This document shows, piece after piece, positions 1 to 12,728 of a stretch of 64,000 nt of DNA (within the stretch, counting starts at the first letter, position 1; each line of letters starts with the position of its first letter). The notes below the pieces were generated by a model. That model saw nothing but the letters and a program-made list of their open reading frames with translations. It was not told the origin of the DNA and ran no database searches. Where the stretch lies: positions 90,471,339-90,535,338 of the forward strand of contig NC_068982.1 in the NCBI RefSeq assembly GCF_001194135.2, written 5' to 3'. A program made the position numbers and the translations under genes. Source of the DNA: Octopus bimaculoides. Lineage: Eukaryota.

Positions 1-544
1 GGTCGAGTATACGCGTGGAGGCAGCCAAAAGAAGCATTTGACCCAGACTGCCTTCTTCCAGCTGTTAAACATGGAGGAGGATCTGTAATGATCTGGTGGG
101 CTATATCTTGGAAATCCGCCGGCCCAAAGGTTTCCCTTCATGACAGAATTAATAGTCAAGACTATTTCAGCATTTTATCTGATCAAATTCATCCTGTGGT
201 TGCGGAACTGTTTCTAGGGAGAAATGCAATCTTTCAGGATGATAATGCACCAATTCACATAGCTAAAGTTGTTACTAAATGGTGCGAGGAACATTCTAGT
301 GAAGTTAAACATCTTATCTGGCCACCACAGTCCCCAGATCTCAATATTATTGAACATTTACGGTGCATTTCGAAGAACAAGTAAGGAGTCGATATATCCC
401 CCACCATCATCACTACAAGAACTGGAAACTGTTTTAGATGAAGGATGGACAAAAATTCCTTTGGAAACAATTCAAACTTTGTACGAGTCCATACCTCGTA
501 GAATTTAAGCTGTAATTACTGCCAAAGGTGGTCCTACCCCATAT
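1..544 (+). mobile_element. Tc1-family DDE transposase remnant (C-terminal half), frameshifted; right end lost in N gap
   Basis: Translates to KHGGGSVMIWWAIS...FQDDNAPIH...WPPQSPDLNIIEHL (Tc1 DD34E motifs). The second frame (269-508) gives LQELETVLDEGWTKIPLETIQTLYESIPRRI, a typical Tc1 C-terminus. Confidence 0.9.
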
Positions 545-1699
545 NNNNNNNNNNNNNNNNNNNNNNNNNNNNNNNNNNNNNNNNNNNNNNNNNNNNNNNN
601 NNNNNNNNNNNNNNNNNNNNNNNNNNNNNNNNNNNNNNNNNNNNNNTATATATATACATACATATATATATACATATATACATATACATATGTGTATGTG
701 GGGGTGTGAACACAAGATTTTCAATGAAAGAACATGTTCTAATACTCCTCGATTTTCCAACCACTACATAATGTTTGATCCTTACATTATAGTCCAATAA
801 GGTTGCCATCGAACAGATGTTTTTTATTGGGAACATTCGCTTTCTTACTTTATCTTCAAATGTACACTTTATTCTGTTTCCTTATTAATTTGTTTCATCT
901 TCCGATCTGCATACATGCTGGAGTAACACCTTCAAGCCTTTAGTCAATAATATCGGTCCGAATATTTTGATTCACATTTATTTCATCGATCTTGTAATAA
1001 ACGAAATGAAAAGAAACCATTTACACAAGAGAAGATAACTATGCCTGTCATGTATATGGACACGTAGTTCTATTTTAAACATCTTAGCTTTTATTTTTGC
1101 TGCAGGTTGTTATAGAAGATATTTACCTAAAGTGCATTGCAGTAGAGGCGGCCCCAGTAATTCTTAACCCACAGCCAGACCTGTGCCCCTAAATGTTAGG
1201 CCTTATAACTATATGTAACAATATTTATATATAATTTGTAAGCTATTGGAGACAAAAGCTACCAACTGGCATGATGCCACCGATATTTTTATTTATTGGA
1301 GATTTTATTCCATTAACTATTTGTTTCATATCCTGTGTTCATATTTTATAACTGTCACAACTAGGTAGTTAACATATTTACTGATTAGTTACGACTGTTA
1401 ACATTACTCGTTAGCAACATCATCTAAAGCTTAACAACTACTGCAAGATAATTTAATGCATTTCCGTCAGCAGTTAAGCAACCAGTTAATGATAAGACCC
1501 AATCTTGGGTGGTATGGATAGCAATAATATGACATATTGATGAAACATTCGTTTACTGTTGCTATCTTCTTGAACTGACAAATATTAGTTTCCACGTCTT
1601 CTGCTCTGTAATCGTTTGGTAAACACAACTTGGGTATTTACGAAACATTTGTCTCTTTGATAGTGATATTTAATGCTCGATCTTTACTCCCAGCTTAAC

Positions 1700-2510
1700 A
1701 TTAATTGAGAAAATCTCTGGCAAAAGACATTTCAGATGTGATATTCCCTATTTCTTCAGAGTATCTACGATTGCATTACTTAAAATCACACAGTATTTTT
1801 TTGGAGAAAATCATTTGTAAGTTCTAGTAAGCTGGACAACTACGTTCTATCATTCGCTCGTTCATAATAGAGTAAATGACAAATCCATTTTCAAAAGTAT
1901 GGAAAGGATGATGCAGAAGCTTATGACAATAAAGTCGAATTACAGATGAGCATATTTATAATTAATCTTTAGAGGAGTAAGAAGGATATACATTAACTAG
2001 CAGCAAGCTTTGTCATTGCTCTTCACCTATTGATCCTGGAAAAATTCTCCATGATAAGTTAGGATCACTAATAAACAGAAACATTAAGCACGTCATGAGT
2101 AAATGCTAAACAGTTTGTTGATATCGTCAAAAGATAGAATTATAAAATTAATCTCAAAGGGAATATTCCAAGGGCATTCATCTCTCTCCTCCTTTTCCAG
2201 CACGAATGACTTTAATCAACATGCTATTATATACTGAACTTAAATACAAATGCTATGGGAGAACAATCAGTTGTATTTTGTATAGAAATGGATTCAAGTG
2301 GTATGCTGTAAATCACAAACTACTGGAAACGCTGCAGCAGACAGTACACGGATTTGCTCACGAAATTGATATGCGTGTCAAGTTAGAAAGTTACACCAGA
2401 ATAACTTTAAAGGAGGATGAGGTACATGAATATATCGTAAAAAAGATAAATGAAACACAAATTAGAGAATTATACCAAACATATTTAATATACATCTGTC
2501 AAAATTAGCG
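1700..2510 (+). mobile_element. Highly degenerate RLE-type (R4-like) non-LTR RT remnant
   Basis: GIFQG at ~2159, NH-LL and TVHGFAHEIDM segments echo the RT at 4493-5110 in the opposite orientation; many stops and frameshifts. Confidence 0.5.
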
Positions 2511-2559
2511 CATTGGCATAATGTTTAGCGACATTTCTATCAACTCATTGTTTTGATTT

Positions 2560-2680
2560 CCTCCGAGTTCGACTTCGGCCTTCATCCTGTCGGGATCGAT
2601 AAATTAACTACCAGTTGATCACTGGGGTCAGTGTAATTGATTAACTCTCTCCCCACCAAAATATCAGGTATTGTACCGAT
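2560..2680 (+). mobile_element. SINE 3' fragment (same family as 19976-20175)
   Basis: ttcgacttcggccttcatcctgtcgggatcgataaattaactaccagttgatcactggggtc aligns by eye to the 19976 copy. Confidence 0.7.
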
Positions 2681-2967
2681 TGTTATTATTTTAACAAAGT
2701 TTATTCTTCTGAGTACGTGGGTGTGTCAGCTGTCCACAGCCAGCAGATTACGGTAAGAATTGTTTATTGATCATGCATCAAGGACCCCAATCCTAATTTT
2801 TGTAGCTGTCGCACTCCGTTGTGTTGTCAATTCTTAACTTCACCTAAATCGTCCTAAACACTTGTTCTTTTGCTGCTCATATAAGTGCTTCTGTGCTTAT
2901 ATTCAGGTTAATCCTCTGCATTGTCAATATTTTCCGTGTCTTCGTATCAAATTATTATCGTTCCCAT

Positions 2968-3170
<203 letters not shown>

Positions 3171-5680
3171 CCTTTGCACAGCTTCTAACGCTGGAGATGT
3201 ATTACAGTGTCAGTTGTTCACTACCAGTGAACTAAGGTAACACCTCTTATTTTTCGAGCACCTTCCAGAGTATTCGAGCGGTTCCAAGCAGTGCTGTTTT
3301 CTTCAAGTGCTCCACCCTTGTTGCAGACCCTATTTGTTCCACGAACTTTTCGAGACATTTGCTCACTGTTCTCAGGGCTCCGATAATTATTGTTACTACT
3401 GCTACCTTTTTCAACGACCACAACTGCTTAACTTCCCAAGCTAACCTGTCATATCTCTCGAATTTTCTTTCTTCCTTATCACATAACTTGTTGTCAGCTG
3501 GGCATGCTATATCTATGATCCAGCATAGTTTCTTTTCTTTCTCAATTAAGACTATGTCCGACTTCCTATTCTCTATCTCATGGTCGCACTGAATCATAAA
3601 ATCCCATAGGATCTTTGCATTTCTGTTTTGCACGATGCCTTTAGGTTTGTGGTCGTACCAATTTTTTGGTCTGTCAAGTCCATAGGTGTTGCAAAGTGTC
3701 CAATGGACAAGCCAGGCTATATTGTCGTGGCGTCTCTTATATTCCTTCTGGGCTACTGGCCTACATTGGCTGGTAATATGCTATACGGTTTCACCGTTTG
3801 TCCACAGATTCTGCACATGTCACTTTCTGCTGTGTTGTCTCTTCTGTATTTTATGTAGTTTGTTCTTAGTGCTTGTACTTGGGTAGCACAGATTAGAGCC
3901 TCCGTTTCTGGTTTTAGATCACTTTTAGTCATCCACAGCCATCTTTTTTCTCTGTCTGTTTTATCTTCAACATCCCTATGAAATTGGTCGATGCATTATT
4001 TTCTTTACCCACCTATTTTCAGTTTCATTCGTTTTCAATTTCTTGTATAGAGCTTTATCTTTGCAATCTTCCATCCTACACACGCTTGACCTTCTTACTT
4101 CTAAAAATAGTGGTTCTGTGGCATTTTTTACATACCATTCTATGTTGTTTTCTTCTACTCTAATACTGTGTTCACTTCCAATAAGTCCTCTTCTCCGTCA
4201 TTATCTTGGTACATACAGTCTGTCTGTGTCACCTTTTGGGTGGAGTGACCCATATCTAGTTAGCAACTTCCTTGCCTTTTTGTCTAAGCTATTTAGTTTG
4301 TTTACTGTCCATGCGATTACTCCTGCTCCATATCCAAGGAGTAACACCACTCAGATGTTGATAACTCCAATCTTTTTCAGTCCATTTAATTTCGACTTTA
4401 GGATCAATCTCAGTCTGCGCAAATACTCCACCTTAAATTTTTCTCTCATTCCTTTCTCCATCAATTTATCCATTTCCAAAATCCCCAAGTACTTATAGCC
4501 TGTCTCTTCTATCTGCTTCATAACTTCCCCTGACGGAATCGTCAGCACGTCCATACATTTGGTTTTTGATTCTCTTCAAGACTAACACACCACACTTTCT
4601 CTGTCCGTATTCCATTCCTATATTAGCACTGAAGGTATACACTGTATCAACGATGGACCTGACTTGACCTTCTTCTTTACCATAAAGTTTGTGGTCATCC
4701 ATGAATAACAAATGGTTGACATTTTGTTGGCGGCTTTTGAATACACACGCAGCTTTTGCTTTCCTCATTATCAAACACAATACAAAGATCAGTGGTGACT
4801 GGCAGTCCCCTTGGAAGATACCCATCCTAATTTCTATTGTCCCTAAGCTTCTTCCGCATGCGGTCAGGTCCGTCTTCCAATTCGCCATACTTTTTCCAAG
4901 CAATCGCTCAATATTCGACGCAATACCAAATAGGTTCATACACTCCATAATCCAAGAATGTGGGATCATATCGTACGCCTTACGATAGTCGATCCATGAC
5001 ATGGCTAAGTTACTTTTCCTCCTCTTCCAGTCTCTAAGTACAGTTTTGTTGATCCTTGGTACCTCTGCACTTACGCTTGCAACCCTTCTGCTCATGTGGC
5101 AGGACTCCATTGTTTTCCAGATGTTTGTACATTGACTCTGCGAGTATTCCAGTCAATAACTACCACGTAAGTGACAAAACAGGATATCGGCCTGTAATTG
5201 TCTACGATATTGCTTTTTTCGATGTATTTCAGGCACAGCAATATCCTACCCAATGTCAAGCATTCTGGTGTTATTTGGTCGGTATTTAACAAGGTGTTGA
5301 GTTGTGCAGCTATTCATGCATGACATTCACCAAAATTTTTGATCCAGTAGCCTTGAACTCCATCTGGTCCCGGAACCTTCCAGTTGCTCATTTTTTTGCT
5401 GATTTCCTTCACTTCCCTATCCGAAATGACTAGTTCTGCCTGTTTTGGACAGACTACTGTTTGTTTCAATTCTTGCAACCATTCAGCATCCTTCTTGTGC
5501 TCCTTGTCTTTGCTCCAGATGTCACTCCAAAACCTTTGATTTTCAATGTTATCTGCTATTTTTTTTTTGAGAATATATATCTGGATGTTAGCCAGTTTAT
5601 TAGGGTTCATTGCTGTATTCAAATCTTTATCCAGGTTATTTTTTTATATGTATATTTTGCGTTTTCGTTCTGTGGGTAGA
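3171..5680 (-). mobile_element. R4/Dong-like non-LTR retrotransposon (RT + CCHC + restriction-like endonuclease), 5'-truncated and frameshifted
   Basis: RT motifs NYRPISC, WIDYRKAYDMIPHSWI, GIFQGDCQSPLIF, HLLFMDD; CCHC/RHDN region ~3700-3800; RLE motif WDFMIQCDHEIENRKSDIVLIEK...IIDIACP and ending KTALLGTARILWKVL; (AAT)n follows the 3' UTR. Confidence 0.93.
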
Positions 5681-6259
5681 GCACTGCTGTAAAATAAGCG
5701 CGTTGGATTGAAATATATTCCTCACGCGTCCGTTTATTCTTTTTTATTTTATTTGCGGGACATGAGGAATAACGTACGCTCCTTTATTTTGATGGTCATT
5801 GAATAATTCATCAAAAACCATTTGAACGGACCAGTCCGTTCATTTCTGGCGTTAAATGGTTTTGCACGTGTAGTTTTTCGTACTTTTTTATAACAAGTTT
5901 AAAGTACGTACTTCCGTTTGTTACCATTGGATTGAATAATACAGGTATTATTTAGTTTATTTTTCATCTTCTTGTGCATAGTGGTCGGAGACAGAAATGG
6001 TCTGGTGTTGGATCGTAATGTGTCGAGCGTGTTTACATGTGTTATGCAGATGATACACAGTTAAAATACGTTATTTTATTTGGAAAATAAAAATAAATTT
6101 TAATGAGTATTACTTACTCGGATATAGTCCAACACTTTGTCGGTTCTTTTAGGCGCCATTAGTTGTCTTTATTCTCAATATTTTGCATAGATTTCGGAGC
6201 AGTGTTTTATCGCTCTCATAAGTAAAACATTCCCGGTGTTCTTTCTGTTAAACGTCCCC

Positions 6260-6260
<1 letters not shown>

Positions 6261-6326
<66 letters not shown>

Positions 6327-6340
6327 CATTATTATTATTA
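6261..6340. repeat. (ATT)n microsatellite
   Basis: Directly visible. Confidence 0.98.
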
Positions 6341-6743
6341 TGCAAAATATTGACGGCGGTTTTATTCTGTTTGAAAGGGACTGTCTATTTTAATGCATCA
6401 TAGGAACCCTCCTAAAAAAAATAACATAGTTTATTTTTGCTCAATATTTACAAAGAAAATAATAGATAATTAATGGCATCATGTCAGTAGGTCATTGACT
6501 AATTCATATAATCACAAACAACTGTTTCTGTCTTGGTAGTCTTTACTAAAAGAGTTCACTAAGAATTCAGTAAAACTGGCCATCAATCTTGTGGCAAGTT
6601 AAAATGTTCTAAGTAGTTAATTTTGTCATGTATTTCCTTGGCATTATTGTTTCCGGTGTCATCATTTTCCTCGTTTCCTCAGCTACTCTCTATAGCCTAA
6701 TGGGACTCGACAAATTACTGCTGTACCATGTACAGTAGTATAG

Positions 6744-6783
<40 letters not shown>

Positions 6784-6889
6784 TTATATTCGTCATTGAA
6801 ATACAGTGTCGAGTAAAACTTTCATCACCATCACACAAACAACAAATTACAACGACTAGGAACCATTCTAGTTCTTTGTAATTTCTTAT

Positions 6890-7400
6890 ATAACATGGAC
6901 GTCACGCGAGCTCTAAAGAATCACCGTTATGTAAACCTCCTCGAGAAATGTGAAGACGCAGGCTGGAAAGCGGAGCATTTTCCAATCGAAGTCGGATGTA
7001 GAGGATTTGTAGGACACAGTGTGAGACGACTGCTATTATCGTTAGGCCTAACTCATCGTAAAGTAAATACCACCATGACCGATATCCAAAATACAGTGGA
7101 GAAGGCTAGCCACTGGATTTGGTTAAAAAGAGACGATGAGCGATGACTAGAGAAATATTGAGCTTTCTTTTTAATAATCAGTTGATCTAGCAAGCGGAGC
7201 CTCATATCAGTGAGGCGGGGTGCGCATTGGTGCCGTCGAGAGGTAGGCCCCGAAACGGCGCGCATTCTCTCCTGATGCCTCCATACACTTGCTGGCTTCC
7301 GGTATGCGGAGTTCTCCACTGGTAGCACTTGCATGTGCGAGTTGTTTGGAAGACATCAAACGTTTCTTGCCAGTGTGAACCAGCAAATCATGTACCCCTA
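6890..7400 (+). mobile_element. HERO/NeSL-like non-LTR retrotransposon 3' end (RLE C-terminus + GC-rich 3' UTR), 5'-truncated
   Basis: ORF 6895-7146 KNHRYVNLLEKCEDAGWKAEHFPIEVGCRGFVGHS...VEKASHWIWLKR resembles the HERO-clade RLE end (PIEVGCRGF; WLWLKR); GC-rich UTR follows. Confidence 0.75.
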
Positions 7401-7586
7401 CCACACTACTCTCACTGAAGAAAGCTCCCCCGTTTCACTGACTGCTTTTCCCATTCGAACTGCACACCATCTCACAAACATACAAAAAGCACAATTACAC
7501 CAAGCATTTATTTTTTTCAAATCTATAAAGAACAAAAGGCTGAAATATATTGGAGTAGGTATCTATCGAAAATTTATGATATAGAT

Positions 7587-7596
7587 ATGTGTGTGT

Positions 7597-7636
<40 letters not shown>

Positions 7637-7798
7637 CTGTGTGTCTGTGTGTTTGAGTGTGTATCTGTGTGTGCTCGTGTGTGAGTGTATCTGTATGTGC
7701 ACGTGTATGTGTGTGTATGTGTGTGTCTGTGTGTCTGTGTTTGAGTGTGTATCTGTATGTGCACGACTGTGTGTGCACGTCTGTGTGTGTGTGTGTGT
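7587..7798. repeat. Compound (TG)n repeat with a duplicated ~55-bp higher-order unit
   Basis: tgtgtctgtgtgtctgtgtgtttgagtgtgtatctg occurs twice with small differences. Confidence 0.9.
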
Positions 7799-8264
7799 TG
7801 CATTGATTTTTTAGTATTAAAGGTATTTTGTCTTCTGCAGAATGTTGTTTTGTCTGAACTACGATAAAAGCTGTTCTACCTAAACAGGATAATGTCTATT
7901 TTTGACAAGTTCCATCTCGGCTAATAAATTTCAAGTTTACCTCCTCTTCCAAATTAATTCAGTTCGTGTCATTACAAATACTGAAATATGATGTCTTACC
8001 ACGAACACAAAATGCTCCACTTAATATTTTTAGCGGATCCACAGAATCTTTAGATAGTTCGCGATATATAGGGACATTTACGCTGAGTCCTCACAAAGCT
8101 GTAATTGACTTTCTATTTCATCTCTCGGAATTGATAAAATAAAGCACTAGCCAAGTATTACAGCTAATAGAGTCAACTATATTTCCCCTGAAAATGCGTG
8201 GTCTCGTCCCCATTTTAGAGGTCATTCATTTTAAATACTCCTTCTGAGTGGGATGGATTGGTAG

Positions 8265-8470
8265 CAGTGTTACAGTGTCGGCTAAGACACGCTGTTGTAT
8301 CTCTTCCGGCTCTTTTTGTTGTGAGTTCAAATCCCACAGAGATCAGCTTTGCCATTCATCCTTTTGAGGATGATAAAATAAAGTACTAATTGAGAATAAG
8401 GATCGATGGTATAGACTACTCTTCTCCACCCCTCATAACTGCTGGCTTTGTGCCTAAATCAGAAACCTTT
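8265..8470 (+). mobile_element. Degenerate tRNA-derived SINE (19976 family)
   Basis: gagttcaaatcccacagagatcagctttgccattcatccttttgaggatgataaaataaagtac core. Confidence 0.65.
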
Positions 8471-8825
8471 ATAAATTAATGCTTCCAATGCTAGCGAGAA
8501 ACAGGGGACCGCTGAGACAAATACGCAGAAAATTTTAGTTTCATTCAAAAACGTCTCCAATTTAAATCTAGTTAAATGTTGGCTGCACTTATTATTCGAT
8601 CTCTTTTGATGAATCACCTCATTAAACTCTGAAGCCTAGTAAAGCAATGCAACCTCCTCAACATACCCGTTACACCGTTCTTGCTAATCAATTAACCGAA
8701 TATTTCCTACCTTCCTTTTTCATTAGCTATCACTTGATGTTAATCAACCTCAAATGCAAGTGAAAAGTTTTGAAATATTAGAATATTTAGGAAATAAAGG
8801 AATAAAGAAATATTTAGAAATAAAG

Positions 8826-9035
8826 GAAAAGTAAAGTTATCTTCTCGAGCCATGCTGATTCATAAGGGCCAGTTTTCTTGGTTTCATGTCGTATAAATTC
8901 CCCACCTGGACAGGATGCCTGTCCGTCGCAGGATTACTCATTTTTGTCTGCTGAGTGGACTGGAGCAACGTGAAAAGAAGTGTTTTGCTCAAGAACACAA
9001 CGTGTTGCCTAGTTCAGGAATCAAAACCACACGAC
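8826..9035 (-). mobile_element. tRNA-derived CORE-type SINE (same family as 29986-30236)
   Basis: Minus strand gtggttttgattcctgaac (B box)...gtgttcttgagcaaaacactt (CORE-like); shares 3' part with the 30 kb copy. Confidence 0.8.
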
Positions 9036-9039
9036 TCCA

Positions 9040-10150
9040 CATTTGCACAAATACTAGTTTATGGTGTACATATCACGTAACCAAAGCAGTACAAGCTGTG
9101 AAAGATACTGCTGATGTTGGTAGTACTGTAGTAGTTGGCGTGCCGACACGTCGTGAATTGCTTCGCTCCGTATGTCGTTTGAAGCCGCACAGATGAACGT
9201 GCCACGTAGTCTAATTCGGGAACTTATGATTTATGAGTTCGAACNNNNNNNNNNNNNNNNNNNNNNNNNNNNNNNNNNNNNNNNNNNTAGGCCTAAAACT
9301 GTCGTTTCTTAGGCTTTTCTTCAAATCAAAGGGGAAAATTGGGTGAGTAGTATCGGGAACAGTCCAGTGTGATTCGTCACCTTCACGACCTCAGCAGAAG
9401 CATCCAGAGCAGCTGAACTGTACCTCACAAATTAATGCCACCTCAAGCACAGAATAGAGTGGTTGTTTGCAAGAAACTCCTGGATATCAGGGTGATCTGC
9501 GTTTCTTTAAGAGAACAATGAATGCGATGAAAAGTGGATATTTTTCCGCAGTCCTCAAGTGCATGTATGTGGTTAAGCAAGGGCCACCTTTCGGAACCCG
9601 TCACCAAACATGGGTGTTTCGAACACAAGGTACGGTTCTGCATCTGGTAGAATTATGAGGGAATAATTCACTACGCTTTCATTCCGGACGATCGAATCAT
9701 CGATGCCTACCTGTTCACTGAGCAGCCGGATCGGATGTATGCCATTATGCGGCAAAAATACCCGGCATTGTTTAACAAAAAGCAAGACCTCAATACTGCT
9801 CGAACGACCAGGAACACACTCCAGGAACTTGAGGGAACTGAACTGATGCAACACTCAGCATATAGTTCTGACCTAGCTCCCTCAGATTATTATATTTTTC
9901 GATCCATGGCTCACTTCCTGCGCTTGCGATGCTTCATCAACCAAGAGGAGGTTGAAGCTTCAGTGAAGTTCTTTGCCTCGAAGTATAAGAACTAGGTTCA
10001 ACTTAGGCTCAACGAATTGGCAGAAAGTTGGCTTCAGACGCTGCAACACGGTGGCCTCTACTTTGAATGCTAGGCTGCTTTTGTTGTGACTTCACGAATA
10101 AAGCAAATAAGTTACGAAAGTATTGCACGACTTTTCAAGTGCCTTTGTAA
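9040..10150 (+). mobile_element. Mariner (DD34D) transposon remnant
   Basis: MNVPRSLIRELMIYEFE start at ~9193; VPHKL (WVPHEL-like); KVRFCIW; HSAYSSDLAPSDYYIFRSM (YSPDLAPSDY); putative right terminus ...cgacttttcaagtgcctttgta at ~10150. Left TIR not recognised. Confidence 0.85.
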
Positions 10151-10596
10151 TTTCGTCTTCCTGTACAACTTGATGACTATAAGTAACCGTAAAATAACCG
10201 TGTCCTTTTAGCTGACAATTTCACATAATTTCGAGGTAATATAACGAGTCAATATTAATAAGCACTAGGAGCTAGAGGGACAAAGAGTGAGATTAGCAAT
10301 GGGTATTTTTGGCAGAATATCTACAAGTTAGTTGAAAGGTCACGCCCACTCCATAATGCAAGTTTTATATTCTTCAAAAGTTTCTTACTTTTTTTAAAAT
10401 AAATTTTTCACTTGTTTATCGTTTTTATAAATTTTAGACAACGCTAGAGGGCATTTCTATCTATTAATTGCATGAGTAATTTTAGCTAATTGAAGATTCT
10501 GAACTTAATATACTCTACACTGTTGTAGAGCATTTAAAATTTAAGTTACCAAGAGTATGTGCTACTATTACTGTTATTCTCAAATCGTAAAAATAC

Positions 10597-10628
<32 letters not shown>

Positions 10629-10656
10629 GTTTCTTTCTCACCTTTTTCTTTCACTT

Positions 10657-10742
<86 letters not shown>
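10597..10742. repeat. (CTAT)n + (CT)n microsatellites
   Basis: Directly visible. Confidence 0.98.
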
Positions 10743-10747
<5 letters not shown>

Positions 10748-11597
10748 ATTTCAACACGATCAAATCGAATGCATAAAAAAAAAAATCGACTTGCTAGAAA
10801 CAGCAACCAAATGTCTCTCAAATAGCCACGTATCGTCACAAAAAAGTAAATGATACGATATATAACTTTGACCTACATAAAAAGACAGCATATTCACGGC
10901 TGGAATGTCGTCTAACATAGATTTAAGGAATTTAGATTAAACTGACAGCTAAAAACAAAAATAATCCTTATAATGTCACTAGATATCTTTCTCTGTCTCA
11001 CATGTCGAACAAATGGAGAAAATCTCGTTCTGTTGACCAGTCATTCACAAACATAACGAAGCTCAGTGTCGAAAATAATTCTCACATTTAATACTCTTAA
11101 TAATGAATTAAGCATTAGAAATCCAAAGCTGCAGGCAACGCTGCGTAACGGGTCTATCATTTTATCTGTAAATCTTGAATTGATCCGTTCACCTACAAGA
11201 AAAGTTTAATTTTATGGCAATATTTATCACGCATTGCTTTTATACAGGACCTCTAAGTGCTCGGACTGCTAGGAATAGATGGTTTACACTGGACAATGTA
11301 ATTTTAGATATACAACACAAAGTCAACATGGCTGGAATATCGTTGAACAGAGATCTGCTTGAATAAATTTGTCTACTGACTAAACTAATACAAGTTTGCA
11401 GACATGGATAAGGCTTTTATGTTTTATGAATAAGAAAGAAATGAAAATTCAACCAAAATATATTGTCATAGTTTGGTGCAGACGTCAATTTTGTCATCTC
11501 TACACGACACAGAGATTTTACTAAGTGATTTTTTTATCGATAAAGATCAACATAAGTCTTTTTGGACTTTGTTTCTCATTTTTCTTTTACCTATATA

Positions 11598-11990
11598 GTT
11601 TAGTTAGTTAGTTAGGTAGGTAGGTAGGAAGGTAGGTAGGTAGGTAGGTAGGTAGGTAGGTAGGTAGGTAGGTATGTATGTAGGTAGGTAGGTAGGTGCA
11701 CCTCTTTATGGTAGGTGCGTGCACCTGCTCAAAGAAAATCGAGGCTGCCAGAACCTTCCACTCATCTCTGTCAACTGCCAAGTCCAAAGCCTCTTCTCAG
11801 CTGTTGCCATCTTTCGCGAGATCTTTCATTATTGCCAGGCATTTTTTTCCTCGGACACTCATTCTTTCTGGTACGATAAGGAGACCACTGGAGACACTAG
11901 CGTGAAAGACTGGAGGGATCTATCCTGATCACATACCCAAACTACTTGATCCTTCTCCTGGCCACCAGCTGACGTGTATGAGAACTTTGA
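11598..11990 (-). mobile_element. RTE-type LINE 3' end with (TACC)n tail
   Basis: Minus-strand translation SVRGKKCLAMMKDLAKDGNS*EEALDLAVDRDEWKVLAAS fits the RTE C-terminus (W..D......A.DR..W); (GGTA)n on plus at 11598-11696 lies 3' of it. Confidence 0.65.
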
Positions 11991-12513
11991 TCTTCGTAGT
12001 ACATCCAAGCACAGTATCTGTACAAAATAAAATGTATCTTATGTCTTGCTGAAAGATGTTCAATTTCCTCTGGAGTTCCTTAATCAGAGGCACTAGAGTT
12101 TACAAAATGAAATAAGTCTTTTATACCAAGAAAAAAACTTTATAGTTCGAATTCGCTTCATTTCGATTAAGTATTTCTTGATGACGCATTCCATTATTAG
12201 TTTCACTTCTTAAGGTTATCTCTACAGATTTTCTATAGAAATTATAGTCAGCACTGATTTTGTTACGGCGTTTTGTATCTGAGTACGCCTAATGTAAACA
12301 ACAATGAGATCGAAGACGAAAAATGCGTAATGGATGTATATGCCATATTACAGAATTGTTGCTCCTTCATCAACACTCATACAACTCATGAACCATCCAC
12401 GAACTCATCGCTTAAATAGCCACTAAATATAGCGGTGTATCGTTATTGGATATACCAATTTTATATATTAAACATATTCCTGAAAGCTAGGGCGTAAATA
12501 TTGATGAACTATT

Positions 12514-12728
12514 GGAACACCGTATTTCGTTATGGAACCATAATAAACTACAATGTATATCAAATGCTTTTATAAGTCAATTCTGTTTGATTCTGGTAGC
12601 AGTGCTATTACATTACCTTATCAAGTGATGTTCAGGTGATGCTAACACAGTACAACAAAGTATTGACTTATAAAAGTGTTTAATATACTTTGTAGTATAT
12701 TATGGTTGCATAACGCAATACAGTGTCC
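12514..12728. mobile_element. Foldback/MITE-like inverted repeat (~62-bp arms)
   Basis: 12520-12581 ccgtatttcgttatggaaccataataaactacaatgtatatcaaatgcttttataagtcaat versus reverse complement of 12662-12723 ctgtattgcgttatgcaaccataatatactacaaagtatattaaacacttttataagtcaat. Confidence 0.85.

Noticed and set aside
6150-6260. Possible HDV-like ribozyme at a putative R4 5' end
   Set aside because: No P1 partner for GGGGACG and no nested double pseudoknot could be built.
7232-7277. Canonical hammerhead in the HERO 3' UTR
   Set aside because: Order GTC...GAAAC...CTGATG is not a valid cis permutation and CUGANGA is incomplete; kept only as a structured-RNA finding.
11000-11173. Minus-strand acceptor ttttcttgtAG followed by VNGSIQDLQIK* as a possible terminal exon
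   Set aside because: Only an acceptor motif; such sites are frequent by chance in AT-rich introns.
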